Shown here one piece after another: positions 27,822 through 35,284 of a stretch of 58,934 bases of DNA. Source of the DNA: an uncultured archaeon (GTDB taxonomy: Archaea > Aenigmatarchaeota > Aenigmatarchaeia > QMZP01 > QMZT01); assembly GCA_964447525.1 (NCBI GenBank), contig CAYUSU010000002.1, positions 23,362 to 82,295 of the forward strand. Reading direction: 5' to 3'. A program made the position numbers and the translations under genes. Each line of letters begins with the position of its first letter. Position 1 is the first letter of the stretch. Under the pieces are notes generated by a model, which was not told the origin of the DNA, made no database searches, and saw nothing but the letters and a program-made list of their open reading frames with translations.

Positions 27822-27845
27822 AACAGATTTTTTCTGTTTCAAGCC
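27810..27845 (-). other. predicted tRNA-Met intron D (36 nt, T-loop 59/60)
   Basis: Central helix TTCA/TGGA with bulges AAG and ATT. Internal 8-bp hairpin GAAACAGA/TCTGTTTC. It contains the LAGLIDADG stop codon on the other strand. Confidence 0.65.
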
Positions 27846-27861
27846 TTTGAACCATCGACCT

Positions 27862-27891
27862 TTCACCGAAACTGGCTTTCGCCAAATTTCT
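27862..27891 (-). other. predicted tRNA-Met intron C (30 nt, anticodon-stem/variable-loop junction)
   Basis: Removal restores CCCAG-AGGTC-GATGG. It is flanked by a 4-bp helix CACC/GGTG and inner GAAA/TTTC, with a TGGC-GAAA-GCCA hairpin. The 5' bulge is 4 nt, so the BHB is relaxed. Confidence 0.5.
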
Positions 27892-27897
27892 CTGGGT

Positions 27898-27932
27898 GTC
27901 CCACCGGAATAAGTCCGGTTACCTAGAGCCGC
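27898..27932 (-). other. predicted tRNA-Met intron B (35 nt, canonical 37/38)
   Basis: The central helix CCCA/TGGG reaches 4 bp only after intron A is removed. Bulges are TAG and ACA. There is an internal hairpin ACCGGA/TCCGGT. Confidence 0.55.
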
Positions 27933-27937
27933 TATGG

Positions 27938-27960
27938 TTCTGGTTTTGCATCCGCAAAAT
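27938..27960 (-). other. predicted tRNA-Met intron A (23 nt, 32/33)
   Basis: Textbook BHB: CTGG-[GCA]-TTTTGC(GGAT)GCAAAA-CCAG-[AAC]. Confidence 0.65.
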
Positions 27961-28020
27961 GCCCAGCGAGCACTCCAGGCTGCTCCACCTCGCTATGCTA
28001 TTCTAAATAGTGAATTGTGA

Positions 28021-28030
28021 TATTTATAAA
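28021..28030 (-). promoter_or_regulatory. TATA-box-like element upstream of tRNA-Met
   Basis: TTTATAAATA on the minus strand, -27 to -36 from tRNA nucleotide 1. Confidence 0.45.
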
Positions 28031-28053
28031 TTGATTCTGACAAAACCCTCAAT

Positions 28054-28743
28054 ATGAGAGTATTTGTTATTCAGAATTGTGAGACGGAAGGCATTGGTTA
28101 TTATGAAAATTATCTGAAAGAAAACGGAATAAATTATCAAATATTTCATGCGTACAAAGGAGACGAATTCCCTCCCGTAGAAAAATTTGATGTTTTCATA
28201 GTCGGTGGTACTCCGGTTTCCGCTTACGAATTCCCTAATCATCAAATTCTGAAAAAAGAGTGGGAATATCTTAAAAGAGTTGTTGAAATGAACAAACCTT
28301 ATTTTGGAATATGTTGTGGAGGACAATTATTGGCAATGCTTTTGGGAGCAAAGGTTAAAAAAAATCCTGTGATGGAGATCGGTGGTTATGACGTTAAACT
28401 GACCCCTGAAGGAAAGAAAGATCCATTTTTCAAAGGATTCCATGAAACATTCCCGGTATTCCATTGGCATGGGGACACTTTCGGTATTCCGAACGGAGCA
28501 AAACTGCTTGTTGAAGGAAATGATTGCAAAAACCAGGTTTTCAGATACAATAATTCGATTGCCATTCAGTTCCATCTGGAGATTGGTTCCAACGAAGCAA
28601 TCAAATGGGCGAAGAAATATCCGAATGAGCCTAGAATGATAAATAAAAGTGTTGAACAGGTCGTGGAAGAATGTAGAAACAGGGAAAATGAAATGAAAAA
28701 ATTATCATTCAATTTGATGGAAAACTTTTTCAACAAAGCCTAA
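28054..28743 (+). CDS. class I glutamine amidotransferase (stand-alone GATase1)
   Basis: Nucleophile elbow FGICCGGQLL and the His-Glu pair in IQFHLE. Confidence 0.85.
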   Translation: MRVFVIQNCETEGIGYYENYLKENGINYQIFHAYKGDEFPPVEKFDVFIVGGTPVSAYEFPNHQILKKEWEYLKRVVEMNKPYFGICCGGQLLAMLLGAKVKKNPVMEIGGYDVKLTPEGKKDPFFKGFHETFPVFHWHGDTFGIPNGAKLLVEGNDCKNQVFRYNNSIAIQFHLEIGSNEAIKWAKKYPNEPRMINKSVEQVVEECRNRENEMKKLSFNLMENFFNKA

Positions 28744-29255
28744 TACTTCTCCCAGTGCAGAACGCTTTCCAGTGGTTTCTTTCCATGTGGTTCAGGATTG
28801 TTTTCAAAGTATCCGAGCGGAAGAAGAACGACTATGTTCATCCCTTCAGGAATCCTAAGCATCTCCTTGATTGGTTCTATGTATCCCTTGTCCACTCCGG
28901 CGACCCAGCAAGATCCGATCCCGAAGGATTTTGCCGCGAGAATCACGTTCTCAGCCGCAGCGGAGCAGTCCTGTACATATCTTTTGTTTTCGGTTGATCC
29001 GCATACTACAACGCATGCTCCGGCATCCTTGATGAATGGCATGGAGATCTCTGCGATTTTAGAAAGCATCTCTTTGTCAGTGACCACAACGAAATCCCAC
29101 AACTGGACGTTTCTTGCGGACGGCGCGAGCCGACCAGCATCTATGATATCTTCCAGAACTTCCTTTGGAATTGGCTTGTCAATGTAAGAACGAACACTTC
29201 TCCTGTTCTTTATCATTTCAAGAAATTCATTTTTTGTGGTGTCCGAATTTATCAT
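28740..29255 (-). CDS. nitroreductase-family protein
   Basis: MIKNRRSVRSYIDKPIPKEVLEDIIDAGRLAPSARNVQLWDFVVV. The start is uncertain (ATG at 29255 or 29216). The track start at 29285 overlaps the upstream gene. Confidence 0.85.
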   Translation of the reverse strand: MINSDTTKNEFLEMIKNRRSVRSYIDKPIPKEVLEDIIDAGRLAPSARNVQLWDFVVVTDKEMLSKIAEISMPFIKDAGACVVVCGSTENKRYVQDCSAAAENVILAAKSFGIGSCWVAGVDKGYIEPIKEMLRIPEGMNIVVLLPLGYFENNPEPHGKKPLESVLHWEKY

Positions 29256-29739
29256 AGAACATCCCCAGAAGGTATCCGTACGCAAGGAAGAATATCACTC
29301 CCAGCGCAAGTGAAGGAAGGAAGTTCGAATTCAGCAATATTAATCCAGCGGAAAGTCTTGGTGCTGCCATCTCTCCGATCCCTACTGCAATAAGTATGAG
29401 CACGGAAAAGCATAATCCTTTTATCATTGAGTTCTTTCCGATAAGTTCGTTGTAAAGGACGGCGAATACGAATGCGAGAATTATTCCTACTATAAGACCG
29501 TTTATCAGGCCGCCGGGTATCGCTCCCATGAGCGCCATGGGATATATGTCTTCAGCCGTGATAGGGAGATTGCCGTAACCGGAAAGAGCCGTTCGGATGG
29601 AGGAAATGACTTCCTCCCTCATCATCACCATGTAGACCATGCCGGCGATTGCTGTCAAGAATCCGTAAATCACACCAGCAACAGCCCCGGCTTTGGCTAT
29701 CCTTCCTTTATCCATGATAAGAATATGTTGAGGAATCAT
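29227..29739 (-). CDS. integral membrane protein, unknown function
   Basis: 170 aa with 4-5 hydrophobic spans. No motif recognised. Confidence 0.6.
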   Translation of the reverse strand: MIPQHILIMDKGRIAKAGAVAGVIYGFLTAIAGMVYMVMMREEVISSIRTALSGYGNLPITAEDIYPMALMGAIPGGLINGLIVGIILAFVFAVLYNELIGKNSMIKGLCFSVLILIAVGIGEMAAPRLSAGLILLNSNFLPSLALGVIFFLAYGYLLGMFYDKFGHHKK

Positions 29740-29799
29740 TTATAATTTTGCTTTTTGGGAAACAGATAAAGATATTAATTTTTTCCCCAATATTGAAAC

Positions 29800-30039
29800 A
29801 TGGGACTAGATTACAAATTAAAAGATGGTGATTCGTTTTACCGTAATCCTCACGGTGAAACAGATGTTATTTTTATTAGAATTGGAAGCGGAAATGAAAT
29901 TCATCAAGCAAATGGAACTGATGTTCAAAAATTACTTTGTGGGAAAACAGTTCGTTTAACCCGATATGGTGATTTGGGTGGAGACGCTTCTTTATTTGAA
30001 AATATCGAATGGAAAAAATGGAAAGGATTGTTAATCTAG
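29800..30039 (+). CDS. hypothetical protein
   Basis: 79-aa ORF ending exactly where pcn ends. No motif recognised. Confidence 0.35.
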   Translation: MGLDYKLKDGDSFYRNPHGETDVIFIRIGSGNEIHQANGTDVQKLLCGKTVRLTRYGDLGGDASLFENIEWKKWKGLLI

Positions 30040-30789
30040 TTACTCCTCAACTCTAGGCGCCAGAATGAACGAAAGGTTCACTTTATCTATGTCCTTGAAG
30101 TTCAGCCTCATCGGATAATCCGTTCCAAACTCCACGCTGACCTGGTTAGCGAGCTTGGCCGCCTTGATCATCTTCTTGAGGTATTCCAGCGGATATCTCG
30201 CGCGTACGCTTTCGACGGCGTCAAGCTTTAGCAGTCCGCTCTCGCCTTTCTTCAGTTCGAGCTGCGTCGAGCTTACATCACCCTTCGCCCACATCTTGAA
30301 TCCTTCGCTTCCTGCTTCCAAAACGACGGAATCGTCAACGATGTCTGCATCGGAGATACCTTCTTCCAAAACATTGGAATCCAGTTCGATCATTCCCTTG
30401 AATTCGAGTTGGTCAACAGGAGGCTTCTCACTGGAGATGTCAAGCAATGGAACCTCGAAGCTCCTTCTCCCCTTTCCTTCAAGAATTATTTTCAGAGAGT
30501 TGCTGTCGTCTTCCTTGGATAGCCTGACCTTGTCTTCCGGTCTTATTCTTTTCAGTATTGCAACAAGATTAGCGAGATTCAGTCCGAGAAGATTCTCCCC
30601 GGTAGCGTTGAACTCGTCAAACGCTGAAGCAAGCAACTGGAAATTCACGACAGCTATCATGCTCCTGTCAGGGGAAAGTAAACTCATACCGTTAGAATCC
30701 ACCTTGAATATTCCTTCATCAAGTATCTCAGCTATTATCGGTACTGAATTCTTTATCAGATCAGTATTGCTTAAAGTTAGATTGAACAT
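30040..30789 (-). CDS. pcn: DNA polymerase sliding clamp PCNA
   Basis: 249 aa with a PCNA two-domain pattern (IIAEILDEGIFKVDSNGMSLLSPDRSMIAVVNFQL ... YPMRLNF). Confidence 0.9.
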   Translation of the reverse strand: MFNLTLSNTDLIKNSVPIIAEILDEGIFKVDSNGMSLLSPDRSMIAVVNFQLLASAFDEFNATGENLLGLNLANLVAILKRIRPEDKVRLSKEDDSNSLKIILEGKGRRSFEVPLLDISSEKPPVDQLEFKGMIELDSNVLEEGISDADIVDDSVVLEAGSEGFKMWAKGDVSSTQLELKKGESGLLKLDAVESVRARYPLEYLKKMIKAAKLANQVSVEFGTDYPMRLNFKDIDKVNLSFILAPRVEE

Positions 30790-31054
30790 ATATTTGGCAC
30801 CTCCACGTTACCACGTATTGTATTAATTATCTTATGTATGTTAATTTTATAACCTTTTCAGATTACTGTCTTTTTTAACAATGTGTTTGTCTTTGTATAC
30901 GCACATTGAGTGTAATCCATTACAAGGGACCTCGTTTCTTGATAAAGTGCATAAACCTATCATCCCGCCCTCTTCAATTCTCGGATTAGTGTATTTTTCA
31001 CATAAACTTGTTTTTGTCATTTGAAATATTGTGAGAATAAATGTTATAACCTTT

Positions 31055-31393
31055 TCATATTCCTGCCTTCTTTTCGATTTCTCTGATTTTTTTGTAGGCT
31101 TCCAAGTCAACCCCTTCCATTCCCTGTATGATCTCTCCCTGCAACTCGAATTCTTCCTCGTTTGGAATGACCCTTCCGAACACCCTAACGAGTTTTTGCG
31201 CCTCGAATGGAACCGGTTCCGTGAACGAGGCCTGTATCTTCCCCGAACCGTCGTCTATCATTATCGTGTTGTTTTTCTTGTCTATGATAATACCCGTGAT
31301 CCTCACACGGACGCTGTTACCGTCGATTTCGGATATCATTTTTTCAACTGCGGGCAGCCTTCTCTGAGTTACCATCCCGTCTTGATCAGCCAT
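31055..31393 (-). CDS. OB-fold nucleic-acid-binding protein (RPA small-subunit-like)
   Basis: The start is set at ATG 31393 (MADQDG), with TATA-like TATATAAATTATATAA upstream. VRVRITGIIIDKKNNTIMIDDGSGKIQASF is a typical OB anticodon-type barrel. Confidence 0.6.
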   Translation of the reverse strand: MADQDGMVTQRRLPAVEKMISEIDGNSVRVRITGIIIDKKNNTIMIDDGSGKIQASFTEPVPFEAQKLVRVFGRVIPNEEEFELQGEIIQGMEGVDLEAYKKIREIEKKAGI

Positions 31394-31453
31394 AATAGTT
31401 GATACACAATAAGACTTATATAATTTATATTGGAGGGATGACAAATTTTAACT

Positions 31454-32911
31454 ATGAGAAGAATCGTTCTTTGGCTGTTGATATTACTGCTTGTTTTACC
31501 TGTCGTTTCAGCCATTGAGAACAACCAGTATTTTACGATTGATCCAAACGAGACTGTGAAATGCATTAGCATAAATCTTCCGCAGGATCTCGGTATAAGC
31601 TTGGTGAACGAAACAAAGCAGGCAATAATCGAGGCCGAATCGTCCTGGCTGAGAATATCATATAACAAGGTAACCATACACCCGGGGGTGATCAACAAGA
31701 ATCCTTTATGTTTCTATCCCCCTTCGTCGGAAGAAGGGCAACACACCTTCTACAGGATAAAGGTTTATTCGCCGGATTTGGACCTTATGAACGATGTCAA
31801 GGGAGGGTTCTGCGTATCCAGATATGAAGACGTTGATTCAGGTGTGGAAGCGGACGAGACGACTAATATTTGCAGGATGATGGGTTCCAATTCCGATATT
31901 TTCGATATACAGTTCAAGGAAGATATCTCATTCGTTAAGCCCGGTGAAAGGCTTTCCAAGACAATTTATGTGACCTCTTACGCTAATACCAGCATAAACC
32001 TCAGATTGGTTACGAATCTCCAGACCGACTTCTCCTCGGAGACAATCACTACGTCATCCGAACATCCAACATCAATGAAAAGATTCAAGGTTCTCATTCC
32101 AGAAGGCGAGGGGAACTACACAATCAAGGTCATAGGTGAAATCGTAGGATGCCAGTCCGAATTCTGCAGGAAGGAGGCCGAGACGATAATAAAAGTAAGG
32201 GAAAATTACACACGTTCAGGATTTTCCGCGTCCGTCATTCCGAGAAACATAAACATAAAGAAGACGCAATCTGCCGATTTCAGGGTGCTGGTAACAAACT
32301 ATGATGCGGATAAAGAGTTTAGGATCGGTGTAACGAGTGATCCTTCGATTCCCGTTAGCCCTTCCAACACTTCGGTCATGATCGGGGAGGAAGAGGAAAA
32401 AACAATAAGATTTACCTCAACGATCGGTTCGGAAGAAAAGGGGCTTTACAAGATATATTTCAACATAAAGACAGAGGATGGAGAGCGATTGCTTACGGCT
32501 TATCTTTCTGTCGGGGAATTCCTTTCGGATTCCTTGAGGGACATTGACAATATAAATGAGAATTCCAATCAGAATACGCGAAACGAAATAGAAAACGCTT
32601 TCAATCAATGGAAGAATTCGTATAATAATTCCGGTTACGGGGACGACATTGATGAATACGAAAAATTCAGGAATGAAATAAAGAACGCACAGGGAGACGG
32701 TGGAAACGGAGGAGATAACAATGGAAACACAAGTGGTAATACAGGGGGGAACAATAATTATACTCCTTCGCCAAGTTCAGGGGGATTCGATTGGACACTG
32801 GTGATTATTCCGATTATCATTGCGGTTGTTGTGGTTGTGTTTTTCATATACAAGAAATCCCATGTAACCGAGGATGACGGATACGCCGAATCATATTCCG
32901 GCTTCCAGTGA
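31454..32911 (+). CDS. secreted/surface-anchored protein
   Basis: N-terminal signal-like helix, a Gly/Asn-rich linker (GGNGGDNNGNTSGNTGGNNN) and a C-terminal TM anchor. Confidence 0.65.
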   Translation: MRRIVLWLLILLLVLPVVSAIENNQYFTIDPNETVKCISINLPQDLGISLVNETKQAIIEAESSWLRISYNKVTIHPGVINKNPLCFYPPSSEEGQHTFYRIKVYSPDLDLMNDVKGGFCVSRYEDVDSGVEADETTNICRMMGSNSDIFDIQFKEDISFVKPGERLSKTIYVTSYANTSINLRLVTNLQTDFSSETITTSSEHPTSMKRFKVLIPEGEGNYTIKVIGEIVGCQSEFCRKEAETIIKVRENYTRSGFSASVIPRNINIKKTQSADFRVLVTNYDADKEFRIGVTSDPSIPVSPSNTSVMIGEEEEKTIRFTSTIGSEEKGLYKIYFNIKTEDGERLLTAYLSVGEFLSDSLRDIDNINENSNQNTRNEIENAFNQWKNSYNNSGYGDDIDEYEKFRNEIKNAQGDGGNGGDNNGNTSGNTGGNNNYTPSPSSGGFDWTLVIIPIIIAVVVVVFFIYKKSHVTEDDGYAESYSGFQ

Positions 32912-32940
32912 TTTTTAAACATTGTGATTAATTCTTTTTC

Positions 32941-33957
32941 ATGAAGGCTTTCATGTTCGTATTGTCCGGAATGCATAAGACCCTTCCCGTCGCTGAACTG
33001 GAATCAGTGCTGGGAAACCTGACGGAATTCGAGATGCTCGCCAGCGAAGGGAACTTCTGCGTATACGTAACGAAGAGATCCGGAGGAAGATTTCTGAAGG
33101 ATATTCAGAAGCGTTTATCAATGACCCGTTCGATACTCCGGTTTGTCGGGTCTTCGGAAGACGGGAAAATATCAAAACTCGTTAATTCCATCCCGCTGAA
33201 TTTCGAAAGACCCTACAGGGTGAGGGTTCACTTTCACGAGAAAAAGAAGACTGAATCCCTCGAAAAAGAGATTGGGGGGATGATCTGGAAAAGATTCGAA
33301 AAGACTGGAAAGAAACCAAAGGTCGACATGAAAAACCCTAAAACATCTCTGGAATTCTTCTTTTCTGACGGAATGGTTTTCTGCGGAATCCATCTAATTG
33401 ATATCGATAACAAGCAGTTCGAGGATTCCAAGCCGCTCAACCGTCCTTACTTCAAACCGGTTTCAATGGACCCGCGGATTGCGAGAACAATGGTCAATCT
33501 TTCAAGGAAGACCAGAGGAAGGATGCTTGATCCATTCTGCGGAACCGGTGGTATCCTCATAGAGGCCGGAAGGATGGGATTCAGGGTGTACGGTTCGGAT
33601 ACAAACAAAGAGATGGTGGACGGTACTAAAAGGAATCTTAAACACTTCCGGATAAACGGCGATGTCAGGGAGGGTGACGCAACGAAGCTCGAAAAGCAGT
33701 TCGGAAAAAGATTCATGGACTGCGTTGTTACAGCCCCGCCTTATGGGAGACTGTCATCGCTCAATGGAATGAAAATTCAGGATATTTACCAGAAGAGTGT
33801 CGAATCAATGGAGAAAATACTCAAAAAGGGTGGTTATGCCGTTATAGCCGCACCAACAAATATTAATATAAAGACAAATATGCAATTAATAGAAATTCAT
33901 AAAGAAAGAGTGAACAGGAGTCTCATCCGGAATATAATAGTGTATAAAAACGGATAA
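32941..33957 (+). CDS. THUMP-domain tRNA (guanine-N2)-methyltransferase (Trm11/Trm-G10 family)
   Basis: SAM motif I DPFCGTGGILIEAG and catalytic VTAPPYG. An N-terminal THUMP-like region is present. Confidence 0.8.
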   Translation: MKAFMFVLSGMHKTLPVAELESVLGNLTEFEMLASEGNFCVYVTKRSGGRFLKDIQKRLSMTRSILRFVGSSEDGKISKLVNSIPLNFERPYRVRVHFHEKKKTESLEKEIGGMIWKRFEKTGKKPKVDMKNPKTSLEFFFSDGMVFCGIHLIDIDNKQFEDSKPLNRPYFKPVSMDPRIARTMVNLSRKTRGRMLDPFCGTGGILIEAGRMGFRVYGSDTNKEMVDGTKRNLKHFRINGDVREGDATKLEKQFGKRFMDCVVTAPPYGRLSSLNGMKIQDIYQKSVESMEKILKKGGYAVIAAPTNINIKTNMQLIEIHKERVNRSLIRNIIVYKNG

Positions 33958-33968
33958 GGAGTGATCAT

Positions 33969-34265
33969 ATGAAGGCATTGTTTTTCCTGCCATCGGAAAA
34001 TTATTCGAATGTAAAAAACAAGGTTTCAGAAGATGATGTTGTTTCAAGGCAGTCTCTGAACTTCAGAGAAGGTAAAGCCTTGGGTTTCGACAAGGAAGGA
34101 TATTATCTTGAGATTGACGGTAGCGAGGAATCGATAGTCAAAGCGAAAGAACTTATCGGTGACCTCGGAAAAGAGGTCAGCGGTAAAGAGAAGGAAGATG
34201 TTTTGGCGAAGATATCAGAACAGCAAGAGAACGCTGCCGCCGGTTTCGGAAGCATATTCGGATAA
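33969..34265 (+). CDS. hypothetical acidic protein with ribosomal-stalk-like C-terminal tail
   Basis: 98 aa ending EQQENAAAGFGSIFG. Confidence 0.5.
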   Translation: MKALFFLPSENYSNVKNKVSEDDVVSRQSLNFREGKALGFDKEGYYLEIDGSEESIVKAKELIGDLGKEVSGKEKEDVLAKISEQQENAAAGFGSIFG

Positions 34266-34282
34266 ACGAAATTTCAATATTC

Positions 34283-34374
34283 GCGCTGGTAGTCTAGTCT
34301 GGTAGGACACAGACATTAATGGATGGTGTATGCTTGCCAAGCCTGTAACCCGGGTTCAAATCCCGGCCAGCGCA
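34283..34374 (+). tRNA. tRNA-Gly (anticodon GCC at 34336..34338) with one intron in the anticodon stem
   Basis: Acceptor GCGCTGG/CCAGCGC. D arm GTCT/GGAC. T arm CCGGG-TTCAAAT-CCCGG. Removing 34313..34331 joins CAG+GC to give stem CAGGC/GCCTG and loop TTGCCAA. Confidence 0.85.
34313..34331 (+). other. predicted tRNA-Gly intron (19 nt, 29/30)
   Basis: BHB with central helix ACAC/GTGT (perfect), bulges AGA and ATG, and inner helix CAT/ATG. Confidence 0.75.
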
Positions 34375-34487
34375 TGAATTCTAAATAAAGTTTTTTATAG
34401 TAACTTGGAGTAAATATTAACATATAGAGTGCAAGACGACTTGAAACGAATAAATAAAGTCGTCATTCGAAAAATATTGATTTAGGG

Positions 34488-35060
34488 ATGACTGCTATGG
34501 GACTTTTTAGAAAAGACGAAAAAAACAAAATGCCGCCGATGCCTCGGATACCGGCAAAATCTTTGCCGCCGATGCCCGTACCATCCAACCATCCTCCGAT
34601 AGCAATGCCTCCGCCGGGAATACCCAGAGGATATCAATCAAGACCTGTACCTGCGCCGATTGCAGAACCTCCTACAATGGCTCCTCCTTCACCTGTTTCC
34701 GGTTCTCCTCCTCTTTTCATAAAGATAGAGAAATACAGGGAGGTCGTCAAGAATCTTATGGAGGCAAAATCATTCGTACTTAATCTTCGTGATGCGCTTG
34801 ATGCTTTGAGTGACGTTCAGAAAGAGATATCCAACGGTGTTCAGGTTGCCCACAAGACACTGGACGAATTGAACGAGAATCTTTCCAGTCTGGATTCATT
34901 TTTCATAAAACCTGGCAAGGTTCAGGGAGCTGTTCCTCCTGGCCCATCAGCGGAAAAACCTGAAGACGCTGGTCCGCAAAAGCCTCCCGTAGACAACTAT
35001 GTTAAGGATGTTTACGGCCAGCTTGAGAGGTTGCGAAGCCAGTTGAAATCCCTTCAATAG
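34488..35060 (+). CDS. hypothetical Pro-rich / coiled-coil protein
   Basis: 190 aa. The N-terminal ~75 aa are Pro-rich (PPMPRIPAKSLPPMPVP...), followed by heptad-like helices. Confidence 0.55.
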   Translation: MTAMGLFRKDEKNKMPPMPRIPAKSLPPMPVPSNHPPIAMPPPGIPRGYQSRPVPAPIAEPPTMAPPSPVSGSPPLFIKIEKYREVVKNLMEAKSFVLNLRDALDALSDVQKEISNGVQVAHKTLDELNENLSSLDSFFIKPGKVQGAVPPGPSAEKPEDAGPQKPPVDNYVKDVYGQLERLRSQLKSLQ

Positions 35061-35153
35061 ATATATAAAATATTTCCTTAATTCTATTATACAAACGAAC
35101 AACGCAGGTGTAAGCTGCGTTTCCAAGATACGCGGGGGTAGCCAAGTGGTCAA

Positions 35154-35188
35154 GTGTCTTCGTGCGTTCTAACGCACAGAGGGGCTAA
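35154..35188 (+). other. predicted tRNA-Leu intron 1 (35 nt, D-loop)
   Basis: Central helix GGTC/GGCT (two G:U) with bulge AAG on the 5' side and AAA on the 3' side. Internal hairpin GTGCG/CGCAC. The BHB is relaxed. Confidence 0.55.
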
Positions 35189-35197
35189 AGGCGATAG

Positions 35198-35232
35198 AAT
35201 GGTTTTGAACGCTGATTCAAGATGATGTCGTT
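35198..35232 (+). other. predicted tRNA-Leu intron 2 (35 nt, 30/31)
   Basis: Central helix CGAT/GTCG with bulges AGA and TTG. Splicing joins ATAG+G. Internal hairpin TTGAA/TTCAA. Confidence 0.7.
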
Positions 35233-35253
35233 GCTCAAGACCTATTCACTTAG

Positions 35254-35284
35254 AGCTTTTTGCCGTGAGGCGGATGGCAAGGAA
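35254..35284 (+). other. possible tRNA-Leu intron 3 (31 nt, variable-arm loop)
   Basis: Removal would leave a 15-nt variable arm T-CAC-TTAGT-GTG-TTC. The supporting helix CTT/AAG is only 3 bp plus a mismatch, so this is tentative. Confidence 0.35.

Larger units (their letters stand above)
27796..27994 (-). tRNA. initiator-like tRNA-Met (anticodon CAU at 27934..27936) with four predicted introns
   Basis: Acceptor AGCGAGG/CCTCGCT (A1:U72) with discriminator A. D arm GAGC-AGCCTGGAGT-GCTC. Anticodon stem CTGGG/CCCAG (three G:C). T arm GATGG/CCATC. Removing the four insertions leaves a 75-nt cloverleaf with anticodon loop CCCAUAA, variable loop AGGTC and T loop TTCAAAT. Confidence 0.7.

Noticed and set aside
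27898-27960. An alternative reading of the interrupted tRNA at 27796..27994 as an amber-suppressor (CUA) tRNA, using the internal CTCTAG segment as anticodon loop.
   Set aside because: No BHB supports those splice sites. The strong BHB CTGG-[GCA]...CCAG-[AAC] leads to a CAU anticodon instead. TAG is used as an ordinary stop in this window (for example 1551..1553 and 8956..8958).
30847-31110. An 87-aa ORF (or its internal 57-aa version from ATG 31020) in the pcn / OB-fold intergenic gap. A shared 14-mer TGAAAAGGTTATAA occurs at the ends of this ORF and of the OB-fold gene.
   Set aside because: The long form overlaps the OB-fold gene. The four Cys are not in CxxC pairs. A single 14-mer repeat in AT-rich DNA is within chance expectation. 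It may be a real small gene, but I cannot support it.
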